Shown here: positions 23,126-34,035 of the stretch, in pieces | How the letters are laid out: the number at the start of each line of letters is the position of its first letter | How positions within the stretch are numbered: the stretch's first letter is position 1 | From: Oikopleura dioica | Taxonomy: Eukaryota; Animalia; Chordata | NCBI GenBank assembly: GCA_907165135.1 | Contig: OU015570.1 | Location: forward strand, 1,757,929-1,821,928 | Direction: 5' to 3' | DNA length: 64,000 bases | Position numbers and translations under genes: made by a program | Notes under the pieces: generated by a model | Seen by the model: the letters and a program-made list of their open reading frames with translations, nothing else | Told to the model about the DNA's origin: nothing | Database searches by the model: none

Positions 23126-24003
23126 ATGAGAGCGATCGAACAAGATGTCCATTACTTTAGGTCCGAGCCCCTCAAAAGAAAATTTCAGAAGCATTGTTTA
23201 CCCTGCTTGTGGGGAATTGAAACCAATTTCGATTATATTCCGAAATTTCGAGCCCTCTTAACTGAATTTCACGAATTAATGATGAATCTCCGCGCCATCA
23301 ATCAGCAAATACAAGAACAATGCCCGACGCTGTGCTTGCAAGGATTGCCAATTATACTCAAGCATGACGGTAATCTTCGATTACTAGAGTGGATCATTCT
23401 TGCTAGTTTACGGACATTCTTCTCCCCGAAAAGGGTGACCCTCCTTTCGTCAGGAAAATTCTTGCATCCTCCATTCGTCAGGAAAATCCGTCAATTTCCT
23501 GACGAATGGAGGTTGAGAGTTTCTAGAACGTCCAAGCTCATGTTTTTCTTCAAAGGATCGACCATCAAAATAGCGAATTTCATGGCAAACTCGTTCTTTT
23601 TAGAGTAATTTTGGATAAAAATCACTTTTTTGAACATAAAAGTGTTAATTTATTCAACCCTAACCTTTATTTTAGAAAGAATAATCATTTGATAAATCAA
23701 GGGAAAATCATTAGAAAACGAATTTCTAGAACATCCTCCATTAGTCAGGAAAATCCGCCAGTTTCCTGACGAATGGAGGATTTCCTGACGAAAGGAGGGT
23801 ATCCGGAAAAACCTTGCTGAATCAGAAGTTATACTGCGAGATTTTGAAAGGAACTTCAATAGAAAACTTGGACTTTGGAGTAGGTTAGAACACCAAAACA
23901 CCATAAGAAACGAAATCCAAATCGCCTTGAGCTGGATTCCTACTCTAGTTGAAGACATTCTCCAAGACCAGCCACAACCGGTCCAATCTGATATATCATA
24001 TTA
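23126..24003 (+). pseudogene. C1 accessory ORF3, interrupted by a MITE at 23439-23799
   Basis: N-terminal half (MRAIEQDVHYF..KRKFQKHCLP..DYIP) and post-MITE half (ILRDFERNF..LWSRLE) both align with C2 ORF3. Confidence 0.7.
23439..23799. mobile_element. MITE with 19-bp TIR CCCTCCTTTCGTCAGGAAA
   Basis: Perfect inverted termini plus internal copies of the motif; right flank TA. Confidence 0.8.
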
Positions 24004-24133
24004 GCTCATGATTATATCATATTAGCTACTGAACATCAATGCTAACTCAAGTGCTACTCAAGTGCTGATCACCGCCCGAGTGAACCGATCACTGCGCGAG
24101 TAACTCCTTCACTGTTTTTCTGTTAACAATATT

Positions 24134-24773
24134 CAGTGAAACCCCAACTTAAGGCCACTTTTTGGATGACAGCTAATTTGAAAAGTGGCCTTAAGTTGGG
24201 TGATTCTCCAACTAAGTTGGATGACGCAAAAATTTTTGTATTTCTGGAGGAAGGGACTGAATCATGGGAATCTAAAATGAAATTTCTTGCACGAACCAAG
24301 TATGAATTGTAAAAACTGAATGCGCTATTTGAATCAAACCTTAGGTTATCTTTTCATTCTCTTAAAAATAAATTTGCTGCAAACATGTCGCAAGAAGAGA
24401 AGAGAATACACATGACATTTGCCAAGAAAAAAGATATGCAGAGATTCTAGTGAAAACGCCGAAGAAGAGTGGAGCATTTCTTGGCGCTTCAAATTGATGA
24501 AACACGAGCTGCAACTCCGATGTAGGTTGAAGAAGTACCACAAGTTCAAGTGAGAGAAGATGCCGACGCTGAAAAGCCATCGACTTCAAAATCGCCAAGG
24601 AAGCAGCCGAAGATAACGAGTTTTTTTATTAAAAAGTGAATCTGCGATTTACTCCCTGTGAATGAAAATTAAAAAAAAGTGGCCTTAAGTTGGATTTTTT
24701 TCGGATGACAGATTTTGGGGATTTTTCAAAAAAGTGGCCTTAAGTTGCTCGGCCTTAAGTTGGGGTTTCACTG
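24134..24773 (+). mobile_element. pogo-like internally deleted DNA transposon in the C1 3' LTR
   Basis: TIR CAGTGAAACCCCAACTTAAGGCC, TA-rich target, residual transposase C-terminus ending KQPKITSFFIKK. Confidence 0.85.
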
Positions 24774-25268
24774 TATATATTGTCTTTCTTTCAGCGAAAC
24801 TAAGACCGCTCGACATTTACAAATAAAAAACTTATTACACTCACAAGCCTCTTTTGTAATCTCTATGCAAAAGCACTACACAACCAAAACCAGCAGATGA
24901 ATAAGCAGAACTGACGGCGCGCTAGTGCATTACGCGGTGAAAGCGCTGCAATAATGAGTTTTTCTTCCTTTGAAGTATGTTAATAAACTCAAAGAAGTCT
25001 GATTTTCATATATTTTATTTAACAAAGCGCACTTGATATTCTGTTAAAATTTCATGAGGGGGAAAAAGCGGAACCTTCCAAAACCACCGAATGACTGAGA
25101 GTGACATCCCGGGCGCGCGCTAACTAAGGCTTTTTCCATGCGCTTGCACTCTGTTGACATTGCTCCCTGTGTTAGGTTCGAACCTTTTTGCATAAAGTGA
25201 TAAAACCTAGTTGTTCGATATGAAATCGAGGGATTTACGGAACTCATTCCATTTGTACAATGTAAATT

Positions 25269-25577
25269 ATGAAATTTAGACTTCCTGAAGTCGAATCAAA
25301 ACTTGTCGAGCATGAAATTGCTACTCAAGAAGAGATTGACAGATCTAAAAAGACTTGTCACTATGGACAGAAGAAATGCAAGATTCTCCGACGATTCAGA
25401 TCCATAGTCAAATCAGATTACTCTATTTTTTTCCCTGTGAAGCCGAAAATGCAAACATTTCATCACCGATCAGAAGTTCTTTTTCGAAAAGGAGCAGTCA
25501 ATTTTGACAGAGACATCTTACCAGTCGGCTTGAATTGTCTTGATCAAGAAAGTTTAGAATCTGATGAAGAACTTTGA
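25269..25577 (+). CDS. Hypothetical 102-aa ORF upstream of the ORF3 homologue
   Basis: ATG-initiated and protein-like; no recognisable domain. Confidence 0.35.
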   Translation: MKFRLPEVESKLVEHEIATQEEIDRSKKTCHYGQKKCKILRRFRSIVKSDYSIFFPVKPKMQTFHHRSEVLFRKGAVNFDRDILPVGLNCLDQESLESDEEL

Positions 25578-25885
25578 CGAGAGAAGAGTGATTGTTTACC
25601 AAGAGGTTCATGTGCAAAGATGAACGAAAATGTCATATCGAGATGACAAGTGATGATAAAGCTACGCAAAATGACGATAAGAAGTGCCGGTTTTATACCC
25701 GAGCGCACTAATATCCCTTGCCAATTCCAGAGTGTCTTGACGACAAAATGGCGGGAAAACCGATGATACAACCACTCCGAGATAATTAACAATAAAAGAT
25801 GAATGTGAAATCAAAGTGCCCTAAATGGCAGATTTTGCTAAGGATCGACGATACGTGCCGATCAACACTCAGTCCAAATTTCAGA

Positions 25886-26958
25886 ATGACCACCGGACTG
25901 CTCGTGCAAGATTTATTTTTCTTGCAGCCTAATTGCTCCAAGAGACGATTCCAGCAGTATGTGCTTACTTGGATGCTTGGAATCAAAATACTACTGCTGT
26001 TTCTTAGAGATCCGAAGACAGAAGCATTCATAAATTTCCTCGAGTTTATTGAACAAGCAATCGAGAGATCAATTGAAGATTGGAGAATTGAACAGCGAAC
26101 AATTATAATTTATAATTTATAAATTTTCCTGAATTCGCTAATGGCTTGCTAGGATTGATTAAATTTTCTGCTTATGGTGTGATGATCCGTTTTCTTCATG
26201 GCCCTGAGAGAACGAAAGATCAACTAATAGATAAGTACTCAAAAGTAGCAATTAAGCGCCACTTATGGAAGAGACTTGGAAAAATTAAGATTTACGAACT
26301 TGATGAGCTGCTTATCGACGTCAAAGCCGAAATAATCAAAGTTTTGCAACTAAAAGGATGAGACGTGCCGAGCGTTGACATTAGACGTGAACTTACGGAA
26401 CACGCAATGCAAATAGTGCCTTTTGATGGTGCAATCATGGTACCTTATCAAAATGAAACAAGCAATTCGCTGGATTACGCTCAACATGCAACGCAAGTAT
26501 CAAATACTGAAGTAACACCTATCGGCCCTTCGAATCGGAATACAACGGAAAACAATCTGCGTGAACATGATCAATCAGCAGCACAAACACAACAAGCATA
26601 CGGAACATCGATCGAGCCGAGACATTCAAATGATGAAAGTCAAGAAAATATCGAAGGCCTACAAGCGGTTCAGAATGAATCTGAGTACCAAACACTTGTT
26701 CCTATTGAGAATGAACCAACTTTTCTTAACAATTTCAACCCACGAGATTCTCTGCTAAGACAATCCTGTTCAGTTGACGAAAATGCTCAGCTTCGAAACA
26801 GAAACGACTTCGATAAAATGTTTAATCCACCATGTAGAAAAGGATCTGTTACAGACGATGAAAATCATTACCAGACAACTGCGACGAAACGAACAAAATT
26901 CTCCCCACCAACGGACAATGGTTGTCTTACCACGAGCCCAACAGATAATTTTGATTAA
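25886..26958 (+). pseudogene. Third ORF3 homologue with a long disordered tail (frameshift in an ATAATTT triplication near 26105; TGA at 26359)
   Basis: LVQDLFFLQP..KRRFQQYVL..GI and LIDKY..HLWKRL match the C1/C2 ORF3 pattern; 26146..26361 and 26365..26958 are in one frame. Confidence 0.6.
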
Positions 26959-26968
26959 GAATAAGATG

Positions 26969-27047
26969 ATCTTCGCTTTCGCTTCGCTTCGCACTGGAGA
27001 GCAGAATTCGCTTCGCTTTCGCTTCGCAAAAAATCCAAAATTTTCGC
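26969..27047. repeat. (TTCGC)n-rich repeat; second copy at 28610-28712
   Basis: Direct copies of ttcgcttcgctttcgcttcgc units. Confidence 0.75.
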
Positions 27048-27051
27048 TTAA

Positions 27052-27534
27052 CCGTATGCGGCTCGCGGGGGAACTTTTTTCCCCCGAGCCCCCTTTTTGC
27101 TAATTTCTCGGCCAATTTTCGCCCAAAGTCAAAAATTTAAAAAGAATAAGAATCTTTATGAAATTTTCTATCTCGTGAGATTGTAAAAATGATATGTTAG
27201 TATTTTACATCGATGAGTAAATTGTAAAAAAGCGTGAAAAAAGACCATTTTTTGTCTCGAGAACATGTAATTTGTCTAGAGAATCGAAGGAACGAGCATA
27301 AAACTGGGGCGTATTCGTCTCCAGAACATGAAATTTATTACATAACAATCTCTAGTTCATCTGAATAACACCAAAAATTGAAGATTTTCTGTCTCCGAGA
27401 CTCTGAAAACATGAAAATCGGCCCATTTCGCTCCGAAGAAGCGTAAGAAAATGCATAAAATTGTTCTAGATGGGCGGTGGAAAAGAATTCCCCCGCGAGC
27501 CGCACAGGGGGTGCTCTGACCGAGACGCATAGGG
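27052..27534. mobile_element. piggyBac-like MITE
   Basis: TTAA at both sides; CC.TATGC termini; subterminal GCGGCTCGCGGGGGA inverted repeat. Confidence 0.72.
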
Positions 27535-27830
27535 TTAAATTTTCGCACAGCAAGCGGCTTTGTTATTCTTTATCAAAGATTTGGAGAGGGGCATTATTGA
27601 TGCCGCTTTAAATTCAAGTTTTCTCCGTCTTCTGAAGACGAGTCTAATGGTGGGTCTAACTCTTGATAAATCCAAGGAGTGACCGGTTAGCAAGCTGATT
27701 ACCGGAAAACTCGTTGTCACCAGCCGTTTTTATTGTAAGTATGCTAGAATAATTTCTTATTAAGAATGATCTTTATGAACAGGGCTTATCTAGAATCGAA
27801 GATGACCGCCATATCTTATCTCCTATCGAG

Positions 27831-28381
27831 TAGAGGTGACCATTCGGGCAAGAAATCGTCGGTTGGCCGTCCGAATACCCGGCCGAAATCAAGGGCCAAG
27901 AGTTGCGCCGTCCGAATTCCCGGCCGAGCCAAGGTGCCCGAACTGCCCAGTCGGGCAAGTAGACGAAGTGCCCGAAACGCCAGAAAATGCCCGGCCGGGC
28001 AGGCAACCAAAGTGCCTCAAACGCCCAGTTGGGCATTAATTTCGATTTTCAAGTCAACAGAATTGGACTGGTGATGGGATTTTCGATAGATAAGGGCTAG
28101 AAAAATAAGTTTCGAGGGGCTTTTGATTCAGTAAGAGGAGCAAAAGAGCAAAAACAGTTGTTAAGAATGCGAAATTTCGGAATTTTCCTCGGCGCGGGCT
28201 TGCCCAACTGCCCGAAAGCGCCGAGTTGCCCGAAAGTGCCCAACTTGCCCAAATGCCCGAAATGCCCGCTTTTGCCCGGCCAAATTTAAGGGGCTGAGCC
28301 GAACGAATGCCTGACCGAACACATTTTGCCCGAAAATTGTCTGTTTTGCCCGACTGCCCGATGCCCAAATGGTCACCCCTG
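27831..28381. mobile_element. hAT-like MITE with GCCC-rich internal repeats
   Basis: TAGAGGTGACCATT ... AATGGTCACCCCTG termini; TSD degenerate. Confidence 0.65.
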
Positions 28382-28759
28382 CTGTAGTGTTTATTACTAC
28401 CTTGGAATTATCAACAGTTAGGCCCACCATTCGGCTTATATTGACGAGCTGAAAAGTACAGTAACAGATTTTTTGTAATTTTCTGCCAAAAAAATAGTTT
28501 TTGAAATCATCATCGCTTTTGAGTTGCTGATTGCTGAAGATTCTTCCCAGAAAATGCGTATCAATTCAAGCGAAAAAATTTTCGCTTTTTTTCGCAATTT
28601 TCAATGATATTTCGCTTCGCTTTCGCTTCGCACTTGGGCGAAGAATTCGCTTCGCTTTCGCTTCGCAAAAAAATTGAAAAAAACGTTCGCTTTCGCTTCG
28701 CTTTCGCACTAGGATTTCGGCTGATATTTAGACCCCTCATGATGAATATCGTGGCTTAT

Positions 28760-30036
28760 TCAATAATCTATCACAAAACTTCCCCGAAGAGAATGACGAA
28801 CCTCAAAGCTCGCCTGAATCATCACCTGGATACTCATCTTGTTCTGACTCAGACTCAAATACTGATTATAGTCTGAAAAAATAAAGAGGGAGGAATTTTC
28901 CGACGCTCGATTTTCTCTTGAGTCCGGCGAGCTACGACGAGCTTCACTGAAATCGACTTTTATGATTTTTCGCCGGTTTCTCGAGGTTCTTTGCTTGGTA
29001 AACACGTGCTCAAGTCCATATGAGCCAAAATTTATGATTTTTGTGACTCGATATGGGCCCATGTTCTCTTTGTTGTGCCCTAGAGTTATTCCCGAAGGGC
29101 GTTAAACAACGATATCTCCTATCTCGAGTGGATGCTTTATCTGGGGATCACTTATCAAATAACGATAAGTATATATAACGAAGACTATGGTTCAAGAATT
29201 CTTTACCGTTATCGGTAAGAAATGAAGTTCATCCCGTACATCCAAATTCCGTTAAAAGCAACATAATTTTTGCCACTATATGCTTCTTCTGCTTCGACTG
29301 TAGCTTTTCGACTAACAATCGAAGTGTGAAATCGCACATGAATGTCAAAAAAGTTACCGTGCGCCCGTCTTTGCAGATGTCGACGCAGTCAACATTAACC
29401 TTCGAGTACGGTGTAAGTGATGGTTCTAACTTAAGGGTCTGTTCGATTTTTCGAGAGAATTTTTCGGGAAGAAATAGATAGCAGGTAAGACACGATCTCA
29501 TTGCTTGGTCAATAAGCTTATTCAGATTTGGGATGAAAAGTGGCTCTTTAAGAAGCCGCCCATGTAAAACCGCTCTACTTGCGTGTCCAAGGGACACGTG
29601 GTAGTAGTCTTCTTGTAATTTTGCGCTCGTTTCCGGAACAACTATCACCCATTTCTGACTTTTAAATGCGAATTTGTACAGAATGTCATCAAAAATTCTG
29701 AAAATACCTTCGACATTTCTTGATTTTTTCTCGACGACCTGTTTTCGAATTTCAGATATTTTTGGATCTTGTTTGTGGTCGGAAACTAACTAATTTCTAT
29801 TTTTGGTCTCGGAATGCTAATTTTTGTCGTGTTTAACAATTCAAGTTTTTCTGTTCAAATTTTCGGCGCAAAAATTTTCTTGTCGACGAATCCGGTTTCA
29901 ACAAATGGTAATCTACTCAAGGCATCCGCCACCCCAATAATGGCACTTTTTCCCTCGATGTACCGTACTTCGCAAAGTGGATATCTCAGAAGAACGCTAT
30001 ATGCTAATCGGGCCCGTGTGTTGTTATTTGTCTTTT
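28760..30036 (-). pseudogene. pol: Family E gypsy pol fragment (end of RNase H, integrase, C-terminal GPY-type motif) with an internal deletion
   Basis: RARLAYSVLLRYPLCEVRYIEG..ADALSR; HVSLGH..CLTC; VNVD; GPYRV. Confidence 0.82.
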
Positions 30037-30044
30037 AATTAGTA

Positions 30045-33000
30045 CTTTCGTAAGATTATAGACGGTAGAATTGGGTACTGGTCAGGCTCGCCTGCCCCGA
30101 GGAAGAAAACCTACGCGCGTGACCGGTCGGCTGAGGCTGCACCCAACCGATCTCATACGCTTAGCGTTCGTTTACTCGAGGTGAAATACGTTTATTTAGA
30201 GATTCTAGAGAAGCCACACCAAACTAATCTAAATTCAGGTTTGTTCAGTAATCGCGGAGACGCAGCTTCCTACATCGATCATCATCACGTGTATACATCT
30301 CGGGCCTCCATCGTCGACGCTGGAGACACTGTAGATCCCGTGCTGTTTGTTTGAGTTAACTGCTGTACTAGAATAAACGTATCGAACGCTTACACGTGTA
30401 AGATAACGAGGGTGTTGAGTTTCTGCAGGGGCAATTTATCGTGGTGACTAGAAGCTTTGGGAAGGAATTACCTGATTCCGAGACCTTACTTCTAGAGGCT
30501 GAGGGCAGGAATTACCTGATTCCGAAACCAAGGCTTGGGCACGAACTGCAACTCAGTTATTCAAACCTCGAGTCCTCGTTGTTGACTTGGCCTACAATAT
30601 GAACGCGTATGATCATAATGGAATGTTTCAGTGTCCTCCGGGGCTGAAATATTATTCCGGAAAGGAAATCGTACCACTGTCCTTTACGGCGGCGGACGAT
30701 AGTGTAAGATCCCAGAAGATTCTGGGATGGCTCAATCACGTGTCGGGAATTCTCTCTGGAGAAATCCGAAAGAGCGATCGAGAAAACCGGTTTGCTGACC
30801 AGGTTTCAAATGTCCCTCTCCTTTGGGGCGAGAATTTCGGCAAATTGCCTGATTTGACGGGCCGGTTATCGGTGCCTGATAGTCTTGCGATGTTCGAAGA
30901 GTGGCGTTTAGCTGGTAGATACCGTGGAGTGTTAGAAAATTGCACGGTCAACGCCACCCATGATGGGTTTGCGGATAATGAATTCCAGGACCGGATGGCG
31001 AGTGAGAGGGCTTTCAAGGAAACGTTCTTTCCAGGCCTAGACTTGCCGCTACAGCGTTATTTCGAACAGGTTGACGGTAGACCGACGGCGGCTGACGAAG
31101 TACTCGCGGTAGTAAGAAAGATTTGTCCAATTGTTTGTGTAAACGTGGAGGACACTTCACGTGAAGATATTAAAAATGGTTATGTAACGAATCTAAACCA
31201 TTACGCTAAAACTATGACTCGTGATTACGCCGATAACTCACGCACGAATGATTACCTGAAGTTTTTGAAATTTGTTCAAGTTGTTGGTAAGGGAGAGTTA
31301 TCCCATATCAAGACCAGTTCCACTTACGAAGTAATCAGAAAGTTAATGAAAAAGATAATGACAAATAACGAAGTGATTCCAGGTAGATTCCCACGTGGCA
31401 CCCCAATGGGCGCAAGTCGCTTCAGAGAGGAGTTTTGCACAACCCCAGATAGATTCGGGCCGTTTGCAGAAGCAACAGCATTGGCGCTATGCGCAGTAAG
31501 CTTGGATTCAAAGAAATGGGAGCAAATTCTTGAGAAGGTTGCGGCAAAGCGACACTTGGAGTTCAAGGAACTGTTGAGCAGAGACGTGATTGTGGAAAAA
31601 AGGCTTCTCTTGGACGAAATCGACAAGTTGTCTAAAGCTCAAGGGCACGTGAAATTGACGCAGGTGGAATTGGCGCTAGATATGTTCACCAATGATTTCC
31701 GTTCAACACTGGCGTTTGTCTGTTCTCAGCAGACCATGGCAGTCAAGAATAGGAAATCAGATCACGTGAAGAGTTTCGTTCCCGAAGAAGACGAGGCGAA
31801 CGCTTTGGATGAAGATATAGAGGCGGAGTTTAATGCTTTTGTCTCTAAAAAGTTTGGCGCACAGCGAGCGGAAAAATGGATGGCGCGAAACAGAGCAAGT
31901 TTCCCGCGGCCAAATGGAAGAGAGATGGGCTTGAGTCAGCTGACGAATAGCCCAGATTTAAAGGTTGAATTTGGCTCGGGGAAGATTTTAGCCTACACGG
32001 GTCAGTCCCTGAATAAGAGGGATTTGGAGACATTGAAGAAGCAAGACCCGGGTAAGATTTTCAAGCAAAAGGGCCAGTTCAAACGCCAAGATATAAAAGG
32101 AAAGTTCAACCGATTTATTAAAAGGAAAGGCGTGAGGCAAGCTGGAAGTCCACGTGTATACACGCTTCAAGACGAGGTCGGTGTGCACGAGTTGCTTGCA
32201 CTTCGCTCGCAGTGCGAATATTCAGGCTCTGAGTCTGGCGAAGACATCAGCGCTTTGATCAACGAACTTGACCTGGAGGAGAAAGATGGCTACGAAGACT
32301 TTGGCTTAGATGGTGAGATTTTCGCTAAAATACGAGAGGTAAATGACTGTTATTTAAGGGCGACAATAGAAGAGACAACACGTGACGACAACAAGGAACC
32401 GGACAGACGTTTGCTGCAAATTTACTTTTGCCTACCTGATTGCGAGAAAGTTATGAATAAATCAGAACACGTGTGGTTTAAATTGTTACTGGATACGGGT
32501 GCATCTGTATCGCTTTTGAGCGAAGCTTTGTTTGATTTGATTAGGCCTTGCAGAGGCACAAAGGTGAAGAGAGCACGTGCAGGCGCAGGCAAAGTAGCTG
32601 GTGGAAGTTTACTTAGGTTTCTCCCAGTGACCGCGTCGTTCACGTTGAGGCTGCGGAGGAATGTGAAAATCTCGTTCGTGGACGCGAAGGTCTGCGAGGG
32701 AGATGATAGAAACGTGTTGGTGTCTTTAGGAGATTTAGCAAGGAATTGCGCTAAAATTGAATGCATCCCGAGAGATAATTGCTTTGAAACTAAGGTTTCG
32801 CTTCGTGGAATGGACATCAGCAATTTGGGCTACAAGAAGAGCAGCCAGGTCTTCGAATTAGAGAATTTAATTCATAATTTCAACTTATATGAAGTTGTGA
32901 AGAATGAAAGATTGTTTAAAGCCTCGAGGTGTGGGACATTTGTGCCAAGCGTCTCGAGTTCCGTTATAGACATGTCACCCACGAATCGCCTCAACCCAGA

Positions 33001-34035
33001 TTCACGAGTAGAGTACGCCAGAAAGCTCGAGAAAATGCATCAAGCCGCTCGGGAAAAGAACACGTGGAAGGAGTGTAAGATTGACGTGGACGACGAAGTC
33101 TTGAAAAACATTCCGGACGGAGAGAAGTATAAGGAGCGCTTGGTGTCGATATTAGAAAAGGAGAAAGTGTTATACGAAGCAACACAAGGATGCGTGCCGG
33201 GGGATGAATTCCAGATTTACGCCGAGATCGTTGGAAACACGTCGGGCAAGATACTTAGACAAAGTTATAGCAAGTCGATGAGTAAATCGGTGGTGAAGGC
33301 ACTCGTGGATAAACTGGATCAGGAAGCTAGTGAAGGAGTTATTGGGTTTTTGCCTAAGCACATGACTCCTAAGCATTTCTTGAGTTTTTTCCCCGTGGGC
33401 AAGAAGAATGCGGAAACAGCGAAAGTGGAGCTGTGCGCTGGATCGATAAGAGTAGTAGCGGATTGTTAAAGAGCGAAGATAAATGACGACACAATCCACT
33501 CGGCTAGGCAGACTGATTCTATAAGATACGTGTTGCAAAAGGTGGCGAAATATACGGAGACTGGTCTCATCGCATGCATAGATATTTCGTCGATGTTTTA
33601 CTGCTTCTGTTTCCACCCAGCAATGTGGCCACATTTTTGTTTAGATCACCATGAGAAGGGGCCAATGGCTTATAGGAGACTCCCGATGGGCTGGATTTCT
33701 AGTCCGTTATTAGCACGTGAGAAACTGAAAATTATTCTATATAGCCACAGGAAGTATTGCTTCATCTACGTGGACGATATATGTATTGTTGGTGATACAC
33801 CGCAGGAGTTTCTGGAGAATGTAGCAGCCGTGTTGCAGACGCTCAGCACGTTTAATTTAAGATTGAAAGGCAAAAAGTGCACCTTTTTAAGCAAGGATAT
33901 TTCAATTTTAGGCAGACGCGTGAAGAATGGCACAATTAGAGCTAGTACACACGTGTTAGATAAGATAGCTAATCAAGAATACACAGGGATAAAAACGGTC
34001 AAATGTATGAAAAGAGTTCTTGGGTGGATCACGTA
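30045..34035 (+). mobile_element. Family A copy A2, truncated in RT by a DNA transposon
   Basis: LTR-like 30045-30441, PBS 30442-30451, gag-pro-RT colinear with A1; the rest of pol does not resume after 36985. Confidence 0.9.
30599..34035 (+). pseudogene. gag-pol: A2 fused Gag-PR-RT (premature TAA at 33467-33469)
   Basis: ORF-track 960-aa ORF plus in-frame continuation containing FIYVDDI. Confidence 0.9.

Larger units (their letters stand above)
18369..24880 (+). mobile_element. Decayed Ty3/gypsy element, family C copy C1 (gag/protease largely deleted; four nested insertions)
   Basis: 5' LTR 18369-18603 (TGTAGTG..CACTACA), PBS TGGTGACTGAG at 18607, 3' LTR 24024-24880 (5'-truncated and split by a pogo MITE), TSD CAAC. 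Confidence 0.9.

Noticed and set aside
25215-25245. GGTTCGAACC box-B-like motif as a tRNA or SINE
   Set aside because: No cloverleaf or box A could be built.
26097-26152. Non-canonical GA-AG intron that would rejoin the ORF3 homologue
   Set aside because: Spacing to the C-family homologues fits the unspliced length; a frameshift from the ATAATTT duplication is simpler.
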